A stretch of 64,000 bases of DNA, from NCBI GenBank assembly GCA_010093605.1, contig MU004188.1, positions 1,057,673 through 1,121,672 on the forward strand, written 5' to 3'. This document shows, one piece after another, positions 51,566-64,000 of the stretch; within the stretch, counting starts at the first letter, position 1; each line of letters starts with the position of its first letter. A program made the position numbers and the translations under genes. Source of the stretch: Lophium mytilinum (lineage: Eukaryota). The notes below the pieces were generated by a model, which made no database searches, was not told the origin of the DNA, and saw only the letters and a program-made list of their open reading frames with translations.

Positions 51566-54500
51566 GCTGAATGTTTGGCGACGCGGTGATCTTCTATTTT
51601 AACTAATGAGCGGGTGTGCAAGCGCAGAGGAGCTGACGTCTTACAGTAAGCTAAGTATAGGGGGCAGAAAGATGATAGACCGGAGACAGCTCCGTCAAAG
51701 TGCAAGTGGAGGAAATCCAGTAGCAGTGGTCGTCGTGGTGTTGAATTGGCAGGAGGAACAGCGAGTCGAGCAGCCCAGAGTAGATGCAAGGGCAGCTGGG
51801 CGCGGTATTGGTGTCTTAGGCCTGTTGAACGGAGCCTCCGAGCGACGCGAAGGTAAGTTCAGCCGCAGGCACCTCTGATATGCGGGCTGTCGGGAGCGGC
51901 GAAGGGAGAGTAAAAGACTAGCAGAAGAACATATGCAGTGGTGAGATAGAGCGGGACGGAGGTGCAAGCACACGATTCTGAGGCTTCAAAGCTGGCTCTC
52001 TTTCAGAAGCGTGGTTGATGTGGGCAGCACGGTGCGACGAGCTGGATTGATGCTCTGGACACGGGGCTTCAGAGGGCGAGGTGGAAGAAGAGTGTGTGGT
52101 GGAGAGGGAGCTGGGGGGAGTGAGCAGCGATGTATGCAGGTGTGGTGCCCGGCATAAAGTGGTAGTTCATACTACCGCCGTACGGTGATGAGGTGGCCCC
52201 AAGAGCTACCAGACTTGTTCGAAACTATGGTTCGCTAAATCCTAATAATGTATCAGGGGGCTCAGGCGGTGCTAGGCAAGTGAAGGTGCACTGAGAGTAG
52301 GCGTCTGTTTAAAAATATCGCAGTGCTGAAGTAGAATCACAGATTCGAAGACTGCCACTTCTTGGCCTTTGAAGCACCCGCTGCCAGGGGTGTATCAGAA
52401 AGGCCGAGGAGAAGCAGCAAGGGTGTCAACGCCCCCCAGGATCGACACAGCCCTTCCAAACGCCTCGCACGCTTTGGGACGCCGAAGTGCGAACTCTTTG
52501 ACGCGCTGCAACCTCCCAGACGACGTCGCCACGCTGGTGAATGCACATGAAGCGCAGCCGAAACGATTTTAGACGGCATCAGGCGCGCCGTAGGCTTCTC
52601 GGAGACCTCAAAGGCCACCTTTCACTCGCAGCTCTGCGCCGGGCTGGATGGCCTGTTCAACGGACCTGCATGTCGTTCGACCCGTGGACACAGACGGAGA
52701 CGCACGCCCAGAACAGGCAGCCCATATTGCCGTCGCACCCACGCCTTGTGCCCTGGGAACTCCCCCGTCTCGCCGCCCAAAAGCCCATGCTTCCCCGCAA
52801 TTTGTCACATGAATTACCTTGCCAATCGCCCAACCGCTGTCGCCAGCTTCAGGTCGACGCGGCCGCTCCGTTGGCGAGATTGCCATCGGGTGGATGCCGC
52901 GTCCTTCATTTAGAGCTCTACAGGGGGCTGGCTGGTCTCCGAGCCCTTCATGTATTGGTGCTTGGTAGGACCTCGTCTCCAACAGACTTTAGGTACGTTG
53001 CAGCACCCATCTTCTTTTGTCAAGGGGCAAAGACGGCTGTCTGCATTGGCGCTGTGCAATATCTTGCCACACAATAATTGGCATTCTTGCCGCTTACAAC
53101 TAGGGAGAAGGTCCCCTATCCGGAAGGATGCTAGCTTACTATCTAGCAAGAATGCTGTACGAGTGTTTTCTCAAAACGCTATGGTTCGTCGTGTTGCGAG
53201 TTCTGCAAGACTACGACCTTGCTCCGACGGCTCGGCGACGATCCGAGACCTCGAGGCCTTAAATGTATTTTAAGCCTGTAAGGCCGGTCTATATCCGCAC
53301 CGTGTTAGTTCGCGTCCAGCATCATGGATCATCAAACTATGCCGAGTTTTGTTGGTCAGGTCGCTTGAAATGGAGCACTGTTAAGACCTCTCACGAAGCA
53401 AGACCTAGACTCTACGCATATAGGAGTAGTTAGAAGGCGCTCATAATACAGAAAAAATTCCACTTTTGCTTCATGAACCGCCTCAAGGATCCATGTACTG
53501 CAATCTGATCGTCGAGACTACAAAATTACAATTACAGATATTTACTACGCCTCACCTGAGATGTTGCCTTGCTCCAATATGGGACAGAGGAAGCGTCTCG
53601 CTATCCTGCTGTTTACAATATCGTTATTTGCAGCCCTTCAATAAAGTTGCTGTACGGGCCAGCGTCGTGATGTGAAATATGCTGCAAGCAAAATCTCCTT
53701 GCATTACATTTCGACTTTCAATATATGACCAGATAGAAGAACATAAGAGGCCTTGAATCTGCGCAGCTAACCACCGCTTTGCGCCTCCAGTCTGATCACA
53801 TCCATTGGTCACGTGACACGTTACAGATACGGTTAGGGTGTCAATTGAGTGGAGGCACACATCACTCACCGAATAGAATTTGATGCTCTGCCTCCGCTTG
53901 GGTACTTCAATATAGTTATGAAAATCCAAAGCAACAAACAGCACGGGTAATTGTGTACTTCCACCCCCTCCTCTAGTGAATGTCCGATCAACGAAGTTCA
54001 AGATATCCCAACTGCATCGAGGATCTTCGGGGAGCGGCAGACAAGTGTACACGGATCTGTGACGGGGTATTGTAAGACTATATCTCAACTTCAGTCTGAA
54101 GGGGAATCTATGTTTCATGCCTCGGAAACTTGTCGTATATACCAGCTGAGTCGCGAAGCTCGCTCCCACTACCTAGGTCACACCTCCTCCCATTAACGAA
54201 CGCCCATGAAGACACAGTGCTCTCTGAGAGGTACCAATACTCGCACAGACAGGCATACTCGGGATGCATAGCCGTGAGTCAGGCACTTACAATTGGCGGT
54301 GGTCATGCCACGCTCAAGCGGTCTGATGCGGGTCTGCGGAGAGGTGGCTCGACACGTTGACTGAGCCCACAAATCTCTTCCGAAATAAGCTTAAAAGCAT
54401 GTCCGTGGGCTATACCAGCGCTGTCGAGCTTCAGTAAGCTTGCGACTCCACCACCACAGCTCGAAACTCACAAAATCACGCTTCCATGAACCTGAATTTG

Positions 54501-54893
54501 CGAGTTGTCCTCGGCAGCACTGATTTCTGGCAACAGCCAGGCCGCAGCAAAGATAGCAATAACCAGCGCAATCATGGAGTAGCAATCGCATAGGAACTTG
54601 TCGAAACGAGCTCCATATCGAAGCTGGGGTATATTCTCAATTCCAGGATTTTCGCAGGGTTGCTTGGTGACGAGGCTCGGCCATACACACGAGTTACCCG
54701 GTCAACGCCCGCGAGAAACACCACTGTCTCAACCTGCACTTTGCTATTGCTTGCCGCCGCAATATCTGCTGAACGCCCTCCTATGAGTCTCCTTATTCAC
54801 TCTGCATCATTCTTCGTAGTGTCTTTCTTATTTGTGACGTAAATAAACAAAGTTCGCCATTCACCACAACCAACCAGTAAACAGCATTCCACG

Positions 54894-57692
54894 ATGCACA
54901 GATCAAAAAGTAAAGACCGTGCGACAGCGCCAGGCCCAGCCTTCATGTCTTCCAACCAAATGGGTGAGCAACTTCCCTTAAACATGGCACATTCCACTTC
55001 TCCTCGTGTGGCAGTTCGAGCTGACGATTCCTGGAAAGCAAACTACCTGCACGACCTTCGTAACAACCGCATTCCGAGACCAAATGGCTCCAGACCGCCT
55101 CCTCAGCAATTCGCATCGTGGTCAAGCAGGACTAGCTCCCAAGCAATAGAAAGCCCCACCGTATCCCCCTCCTCTCCGACCGCCAGCGACTCTATACCCG
55201 AGACTGCTTCAGTGCCCCCTCGGTGTTCCAGTGCCCAATCCCATAATCGAACAAATTCAGGCATGAGTCTGAGGGAATCTTTGGCTGGGCGGCCCTTGAT
55301 ACCAGAGCCTCGGCCTCGAGACGTCTCAGCTGCTACAACTGATGGCAATCGGCCAGTGACAATAGCGTACAAGGAAAATGGACATCGACAGGTCGAGAAG
55401 GAGGAGGCACGCGCCTTGAGACTGGCTCTCGAGGTCATTGACTTGGAGGGGGAGCAAGGCCTATACAGTGCTGCTCGTGACGAAGCTGCTGAGCTGGTGT
55501 GGAAGCATCAGAACGCGGACGCGCCTGCTGTCGATCCCAACGCACCATACGAGTACCCTGGTCTTACACGGACTTCAAGCCATAAGAGGAGCCGAAGCTT
55601 GGGCAGGACATCGCAAGATCTACAGCGAAGCAACTCCAAGACCAGAACTCGAAACTCGGTCGACTCGGCCACATCAAGAGGCAGTCGTAGCAGTAGCGGC
55701 AACAGCAAGAGGGTTCCAAGCGACCCTTCCATGGCTACACTGAAAGAGGGATCATCGGAAGATTCAAACGATAGTACCGTGAACGATATCAGGGGTCGAC
55801 AGTCACTGAAGAATACCGAGGCAGAATCAAAAGCATCGAGTAACCCGCCCTTCTCAATTGGTGACCCCAAACATCGTCGACGGTCCAGCGGTGCGAAGCG
55901 CAACACCAGTGGCAGCCTCTTCCGGAACCCTGACGATCAGATCTACGAGGAACCTGAGGAGGAGCAGCCACCTGCACCGAGGCCTATCCTGAACAAGACC
56001 CCAACAACTCTGCCGCTTGGAGTCCGTCGAAATCCCTTTACAAGGGTCCAGTTTGCGAAGGAGAGCCTGACCAGGTCCAACACTGATCCTACAGTGGCTA
56101 TGAGGAAGTTCGACCGGTTCGAAATCCAAAGGAATCCACCGACTCAATCTCGCAATGCTGCCTATACATCCAACTCTCTGCCCGCCGAGCCACCCAAACC
56201 CGTGGAGAAGGCCAACACTGAAGATGCTATGGAGGAGATAAAGATGAAGGATGGAAAGGAGATAAGGAGTGATGACATCCGGGCAGCGACTAGCATGAAG
56301 CTTAAGGATAGGAGCCCGAAGCTTCCAACACCTACGCTCGTCAGCGATAGCCCAGGTCGACCAATTGTTTCTTTCAAGAAAGACGATGTGAAGCCAAAAG
56401 AAGTCGAGCTAAAGCAAGAGCAATCAACTCTTCCTCCTATCACCGACGGTCTGCCCCCTCGACCAGATCCCACAATACGTCCTCTCACCAAGTCTGCGAC
56501 CGTTCCAGTGATTCCTACCATCAATTTCCCGGACGAAAATGAGCCCCGCAAACCAAAAGCCTCACGACCAATTCCCAGTATCAATGTCTCTCCGACGCCT
56601 CCCATCCCGACCATAAGCGTCAACACCGCGCCACCACCTCCGACAATCAACGTCCAGCGTCCTTCGACAGCGACGAACAATGCCCCAGTACCCAGAATCA
56701 ATGCTCCCTCCATCTCCGTCAACTCTGGCCCTATTTCAAACGTGGACGGCCCCTCTTCCCAGCAGCGGTCCACACGACCTCTCCCAACCCCAAGAGCCAA
56801 CCCAGGCCGCCCCGTCCCGCATTCAGTTGGCACAGCCCCGCCACTGACTCGCTCGCACTGGTCTCCCGCCGCCGCTCCCCGAACAGGCGCCCTATGCTCC
56901 CAATGCGCCCTCCCCATCGCCGGCCGCATCGTCAGCGCCGCCGGCTCCCGCTTCCACCCAGAATGCTTCGTCTGCCACTACTGCGGCGAGGGCCTCGAAT
57001 GCGTGGCCTTCTACCCCGAACCCGAGAACGCGCGCGCAATCCGCGTCGACCGCATCCGCCGCCGCCAGGCTGGGGAGGACATCGAGACCGGCGAAGGCAT
57101 CTCCGAAGCGGACGACGGCGACGAGAGCATGCGCTTCTACTGCCACCTCGACTACCACGAGTTCTTCAGCCCGCGCTGCAAGAGCTGCAAGACGCCGATT
57201 GAGGGCGAGGTGATTGTGGCATGTGGGGCGGAGTGGCATGCTGGGCATTTCTTCTGCGCGCAGTGTGGTGATGTGAGTGTCCTCTCTTTCTTTTGCCGAT
57301 ATGTGTGTGGGAAGCAAGTGCTAATATGATGTGTGTTCTGCAGCCTTTCGACTCCACGACGCCGTTTGTTGAGAAGGACGGGTACGCCTGGTGCGTCGGC
57401 TGCCACACGAACCGCTACTCGACTAAGTGCAAGAAGTGCCGCAAGCCAGTCACGGATATGGTGTTGAAGGCGCTCGGGGCGGAGTGGCACGCGCAGTGCT
57501 TCTGCTGCATGGTAAGTTCTTCCCTTTCTTTCACCCGTCTCTCTCAGTCCCTGCCCTCAAGTACTCAGACCGCTAACGACTTCGATCAAATAGGAATGCG
57601 GTGGCCAGTTCGACGACGGCCGATACTTTCTCCGCGGCGACAGCCAAGACCCCGTGTGCGTGCGCTGCGAGGAGTGGAGATTGAAAGCGTGA
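54894..57692 (+). CDS. LIM-domain (paxillin-like) protein with three C-terminal LIM domains
   Basis: Long Pro/Ser-rich N-terminus; CSQC...FHPECFVC, CKSC...WHAGHFFC, CKKC...WHAQCFCC; two 3' introns. Confidence 0.9.
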
Positions 57693-58770
57693 GAACGGGG
57701 TGCCTGTTTCTCTCGCAATCCGGCGAACACAAACTTCTCTTTTGTCCTGGGCTGGTGCGGTGTTGTTGCATAGGCGCTAGAATCTCTGACGAACGAACGA
57801 ACGATGGTGTGCTTTTCTCCTTTTTTCTTTCCCTTTATTTTTTCCTTTAGCATAAGCATACCTAGGCAAGCGTGGGGCGGCATATCAATAGGCGCAACGT
57901 AGCATAATCCAAACCTAGCATCCTCTTCCCACCGTTCTGTTGCTGTGAATTGTGAGTTGGGTGCGTCCGCGAGTTTTCGTGTGGCCGATTTCTGCGGACC
58001 TCACGGTTAGTTGCGTGAGCATGGTGGGTAATTGGGCAAGGTAGTTTTTTTGTTTCTCTTCTAACCCTACAAGAGAAGTACGTGGAAATCAGCCAGATTG
58101 AAACGCCGTGTCGTGCCCTATACCGCACCTTGCGCAGCCCTTAACTGGCCAGCAGCTCACGCCCAGAAAAGCAAACTCATCATTCAGAACCCCTTCTTCG
58201 TTTCAGAACGTGACGTTTAGTTCCGTCGACCAATCTAAGCCCATGCCCGTCCGTCCATCCGCCTGTCGCGCTGATCCCCGAGTAAGAGTTCGAAGAAGTA
58301 GGATCAAAAGCCCCCCAGCTGTTGGTAATAGTACAAAAACATCATCTTCCCGTCCTGCCCACCCAGTAGTTAAGGAAAAGAGTCGTACGTCGTGAAAAAG
58401 CTATATATGATGCACACACACGATACAGTAAACGATAATGTCGTCGTCATGTAGGGTTGAGGTGGTGGTTTGTGACTAAGAAGAGAAGGCATAACAAAAG
58501 GGGGTTGTGGTTCAACGAGAGAAAACGCGCAGAAAGCCATAAACCGGCAGCATAAGAAAACGACAGTTTTCTTTCATCCAATCAGAAAGACTTCTAGGAC
58601 CCTTGGGCGAATTCGCGTTACGGTTTGCGCATTGGAAAACAAGACGAACATCGTAAAGCGAATAATAGAATGTCCCAGCCATCCAGCTCGCAGAAAACAC
58701 ACACACGCCGGGTATATATCAGTCAGTCACGAGACTGGCCTCTTTCTCTCTCTCGCACAACTCCTCTAGT

Positions 58771-61700
58771 TCAGCGCTCCAAGACTTTCCTGCTGTGCTC
58801 CGCCCACCCCTCCGGATGCGGCTGCCCCACGCTCTCCCACCCCATCTGGATGCTCTCGAGGAAATTGTTGAAGCCGCCGTCCGACATAGGCGTCATGCCG
58901 GCCCCGCCGGTGGGGATGTCCCAGTCATTGCTCATGATAAACCCGCCGCTGCCCGCCGCCTCCTGGCCCGGGTCCTGGGTCTCAGGAAAGAAATTCGAGC
59001 CGATGCCGCCGAGCGCGGCGTCGAACTGCACGGCGTTATTACCGGCGGGGAAGAAGGCGGCGGGGTTCTGGGTCGGGGCCGTGCGGGCGGGATACGCTGT
59101 TGCCATGTCGGGAAATTGGGAGAGGGTATTGGTGCTGGTAGGCGAGGGGCCGGTGCGCTGTTGCATGCGGGGGAAGGATTGCGGGTTCTGGGGGTCGTCT
59201 TGGTTCTGGGGAGGGGTGAAACCCGAGGTGTTGGATGAGGAGCCGCGGTGGGATTGCGAGTGCGACGTCGACGGGGTGGGTTGGTCGACGCTTCCGTCGG
59301 CGGACGTGTCCATCTCCGAGTCGGTCTGGCCTTGATCGAAGGTTGACCGGGTGGTGGGTGGGAGGAAGACGCTGGTTGGAGGCATAGCTGATGCTTTGGA
59401 GCGTTGTGGAAGTTCCATGTGGCCTTCTGACTGGGACGGGATGTACGAGTATGACGTAGATTGTGTGTCCATGTTTGTATTGGCCTGCGTAACGTGTGTG
59501 ACGTGGAAAGAGGATCCTGGGGCTCCCGAACTGGGAGACAGGCCCGGGACCTGAGGTGTGCTGTGTGCTCCAATGCCGTTGTTTCCAAAGGTGTTCATTG
59601 GAGCATTTGCATTTTGGGATTCCCGAAGCGTGAAGAGCGGACTGCATTCCAAAGCATCAGTATTGACGGGTATTGACGCCTGATAGGAAAGTAGAAGTCA
59701 GTCTTGTGTAATGAAATAGGGGGAGCTTACCCAGAACAGTCGTATTCGTCCTCAGGCTGGGTACTTACAGGTCCTTTCGGAGGAGGATTGAAGTACGGCT
59801 TAGTCTGAAGTCCGGACACTCCGGCACTCTCAAGGTCCAGATCTAGCTGAACGAGGAAAGATTCTGTCAGAGGATTCTTGCGCCTTAGCGCTTGCATAGC
59901 TTGCAAAAGGAATTGCAGAGAGGAAGTCATCTGACTATCGTTGGGTCGAGTTTTTAGGTATTGTACGAACACTCGGGCAGCGACGTAAACGCAGAATGAA
60001 ATGAAGGGGTTCATCTGTGAAAGCAATGTTAGCTTATGATTCTGAGTAGAGGCTCAACCACTCACCATGCCCAGGTCAAGATGACTGATCGTCCGCATGA
60101 TCGTTGCGATCTCTGCAGCAGCAGAGACACACCTGATCTTGCTCTCGTTGCTGATCTGTGCAGCCAAGCGATGTTTCTCGGATTTGAAGATAGCAGCTTG
60201 GTGGAGACATATTGCGGAAGTATGGATACTCATGTTCAAAAAAACCACGTTGGGATCGGGGAGGCCGCCAGGTAGCCTGAGGTGATCTGGCAGCCCTAAT
60301 GAAGTGCCTAGCAGAATGTTCTCGAGTTCGCGGTGCCGTTTCCAAAACACACCATTGATGTCTTCGTCTCTGTCTTCTGGCGTCGGCCGATGCAAGTGAA
60401 GCAGATTACGACCAAACAACGCGGCAGTAAGTGCTATTCCACCAAACGGCGAAATGAAGCCCATTCCGTTTGAATGCATTGCTTGCTCAAGCGAGCTAGT
60501 CGACATCGGCTTGCTCTTGTCGAAAGCCTCTTCCGAGGAGGGCAAATTAGTCATGATCTGGCAAAACATAGTTAGCTGACTGAAGATTATAAAGCTGGGA
60601 AATACACTCACATCCTTCTCGTCGATCGACATGGGCCAGCCGGTTCCAATGCTGGCATAGCGATCAATAGCAAATGCCATCCAAAACGTTCTCCGCCTCT
60701 CCTCCCGCTCGGTCCAATCTCTTGGCGGGGGCAGACATTGCTTCACATCGAGACCAGCACCGTCCAACCGGTGCAGTTGCTCCATCTGAGCAAGCCGGGA
60801 AGCTCGTCCGGAGCTGAGCCAGGCCCTAGGGAAGAACATTTGCTTGAACTCATAGGTCGCACACAGAATCCAGGTTTGTGTATGTGCGAGCGTAATAATT
60901 GATTCTCCGTGTCCTTTCATCTCATCCATCTGGACATATTTTCGAGCCCGATGGTAGAAATGTTCTTGGAGGGCCTCGTACTTATCGGAGACAGAAGAAG
61001 CGAGACACCACATGATATATCGCAGACAGACGGGAGGCCTCATGTGGTGTGCGAGATTCATAGCTGCAAAATATCGTGGTCTGTGGATGATGGGTAACGA
61101 AGGGTGAATTTTGGTGAAGTATATCTGGTGTCTGTCGCAGGGTTAGATTTGGATTCTGGTGCTTGTGCTCCTGTAGAGCATCGTATTGAACTCACAGCTC
61201 ATTGATGACATCTTGAGGAGGCAAAGGCTCATCAAGACCCAAGCCAATCATTTCCCAAGGAAATTCTTCCTCTCCAGAGTTCGCATTTGTCGATGGGTTT
61301 GTATTTAAAGCGGGGAACTGGTCAGAGGGAGACATCGAGTCCGGAAACGAGCCATGGATTCGATCTGGGTTCCCCATAGGCAGGAACCCCTCCGCCATTT
61401 GCGGTCCGACGGTATTGGCACTGAACGAGGTGGTGCGAGGCGCATCTTTGGGGTCGGTAGCGTCCTGGCTCTTCAGCATTGTCTCAACTTGCTCTGCAAG
61501 ACACAAAAGTCAGATTCTATAATGCTGCTGCACGACTCGGGGCCTAGGGACATACGCAATCGAGCCTCCAGCATCTTCACGTATCCTCGCTTTGGCCCGC
61601 TCTTTTTGCGGACCTCATCGTATGCGCATTCATGTGTGAGTCTTTTGCACGTCCCGCACGTCGGTCTCGCGCCATCGCACTTCAGCTTTCTCTTCCGACA

Positions 61701-61874
61701 TAGCACACAGGCTATGCGCTTGATTTTGCTCGCCGCATCGCCATCCCTCTGACCGTCGGTGCTGTTTGTCCGCCCGTTCGGCTGCGGGGCGCTACCATTA
61801 TGGTCGCCGTTGGGCTGCTGCGACAGATCGTTGAAGTAGTCGTCGTTGGGCGAGTCGGAGCCGTCTTGAGGCAT
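58771..61874 (-). CDS. Zn(II)2Cys6 transcription factor (possibly EBR1-like; not verified)
   Basis: ACVLCRKRKLKCDGARPTCGTC...CAY, KKSGPKRGYVKMLEARL; EERRRTFWMAFAIDRY; multiple introns. Confidence 0.92.
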
Positions 61875-62729
61875 GATTGGGGATGTCGTGGTCGATTAGA
61901 TTCAAATAACGCCCCAAACGCGGAACTTGATGAGGATCTCAGGCTGTGGGTGCAGCTCAAGGGGCCTCAGCCGTAATACGAGACAAAGACAAGGCGGCAG
62001 CGTCAGGTTCAGGTGCCACCAGACGTAAGGATATCAGCACACATATGCACAGCAGTCGAGTCGTCAGAGTGAGAGAGGTCAGTCAACGAGGGCCGCTCTA
62101 GGGCTAAGGCAGGCATCGTTGAATACGCAGCCCTGAGCGGGCAAGTCAGTGCTTCTGGGCGATCGGAGCTTCTCTCGCCGACATGCGGCTTCATCCCAGT
62201 CGTGCCAGTGGCGCCAGTCTGCTGTTGCACGGCCTGACGATTCCGTAATGCCTGCGCGCCCGTTGCTCACCAGCCATCGATGGACGAAAACTGGCGGAAG
62301 CCATCAAAGGACGCATGCTCCACCCCTGTTTCTGGTAGGGCTGCGCCTCGTATGGCGCTGAGATGGCAGAGTACCGTGGAAGTGAGTGGAAGACCGTCAT
62401 CAGTCTCTAGTCTGCCTTAACAGTGACGGTAAGGTCACGCTACCACGACGGGTCCTGAGGCCACAAGGCTGGAACGATCTGTCCTGGCAGTCTGGGAACA
62501 CGTGCTTGAGATATGAAGTAAACAACAGTCGTGACTGCGCTGTAATATGCCAGGGACGTCTTGGGTAGCATTCTGATGCATGCCTGAACCCGTGTCTACT
62601 TTAGGATCCTTCAATTGTGCCTGTACCTTGTTGGGAAGCGCTTTTGACCGTCCCGATCCTTTGTAAACGCCAGGTCCGTCCAACTAGAAGGACCTTACCT
62701 GTATCGAAACTGTAAACGGATAACAGACA

Positions 62730-64000
62730 CTACGATGCCGCGAGCTTGTCTGCCGCAGCCCTTTCCGCCTCAACCTCCGCGACTACAATGCGCCTGACGC
62801 CCTCCCATCCTTCAGACTTGCGCGCGACAGTGACGCGCCGCGCCTTGTCTTCTAGTCCATGGAACTCGACCGGGAGCACCGTATCGAAGCTGAACCCTGG
62901 CTGCCCCTGCAGCGCCATCTCCACGGCCTTGCTGAACTTGGCCGGATGCGCCGTTGCGAGGGAGATGTGATGGGTTGTGGGCGGCGGGTTGCGTTGGACG
63001 GAGCGGAGCGAGGCCGTGATGCCAATAGCAGAGTGGGGGTCCAGTATGTATCCTTTGCCTGTCGTGCCGGAAGCAGATGTTTGCGAGATTGCCGGCGACA
63101 CAGCGCTGTAGATGGATGTGATGGTTGCAAGAGTCTCCTCATCCGACACCCGTTCGGATTCAAAATCAGCAGAGGCAGCCCGGAGAATCTTCTCGTCTAC
63201 GCTGAACCCGCCCTTGGTTTTCAGCTCGGCCAACCAATTACGGACATGTTCTCCCGCCGTTGAGCGACGGGTGGAGACAGGCGAGGACGGGGACGTGTAT
63301 ACGTTGTAGGCGAGGTACCACAGCAGCCGTTCGAAGTTGGACGAGACGAGGATGTCCATTGCCGGGCTCAGTGTCTCCTTGACCCCGTCTTCGTGTGCCA
63401 GTGCTCCGTCCTCCGGCACGCCGCCCGATGCCGCGGCGCCGTGGACAGGCTTTTTCTCATACTTGCCCGTTTGCCAGAAGCGGTGGAGGATATCATTAGC
63501 ATTGGTTGCAATGACGAGCCTTTCGGCTGGCAGCCCCATCTGTTTTGCAAAGTATCCGGCAAGGATATCCCCAAAGTTGCCGGTAGGAACGACGTAGCGG
63601 ATAGTTGCGCCTGACACAAAGGATGGCGAGCGGATGAGAGCGAAGTACGAGTGGAAGTAGTACGTTATTTGCGCCAGGATACGGGCCCAGTTTATCGAGT
63701 TCACGGCGGCGAGGCGGTGCGTCTTATTTATGATGGGATCTGCAAAAAGAGCCTTCACGAAGTCCTGAGAGATGTGTTAGCATTTGCGGTAAATAGAGAA
63801 TGGAGATACTTTACGCACCTGGCAATCATCAAACGTGCCGTCTACCGCGAGATTGTGGACATTGGCATCCATTACTGTAGTCATCTGCGCTTCCTGGATG
63901 GGACTAACCTTTCCCTGGGGATGCATGATGAAGACCGAGACATCCTTCTTTCCCCTCAAGCCATAGATGGCCGCTGACCCAGTATCTCCGCTGGTAGCCC
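62730..64000 (-). CDS. THR4: Threonine synthase, 3' part; starts beyond the right edge
   Basis: ATSGDTGSAA, GTFDDCQ, AVNSINWARILAQ, VPTGNFGD, SPAMDILVSSNFER, ATAHPAKF. Confidence 0.96.

Overview
Intron-rich genomic DNA from a filamentous ascomycete (Pezizomycotina, possibly a Dothideomycete), with about 22 protein-coding genes. In order: a cytochrome P450 (runs off the left edge), a membrane MHYT-sensor hybrid histidine kinase, a HIT hydrolase, an EamA transporter, an alpha/beta hydrolase, B-type cyclin, mitochondrial uL2, protein kinase C, a Zn2Cys6 factor, a small secreted CFEM protein, a DUF4140/DUF4139 protein, a DUF7730-like protein, an SDR, Vps11, Yra1/ALY, aldehyde dehydrogenase, a nucleoside hydrolase, Erv29, a conserved hypothetical protein, a LIM-domain protein, a second Zn2Cys6 factor and threonine synthase (partial). 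I found no tRNA, rRNA, intact transposon or CRISPR array. The main observations: (1) the MHYT-His kinase-receiver architecture; (2) repeated GC-rich islands where the top strand flips from C-rich to G-rich regardless of gene orientation; (3) a roughly 750-nt AUG-free leader on the first Zn2Cys6 gene, with a 251-codon upstream ORF ending in an AUGA stop-start overlap and an open in-frame non-AUG extension; (4) several potential alternative-splicing switches (YRA1, second Zn2Cys6 gene). Exon boundaries were read by eye and family calls come from motif recognition, not database searches.
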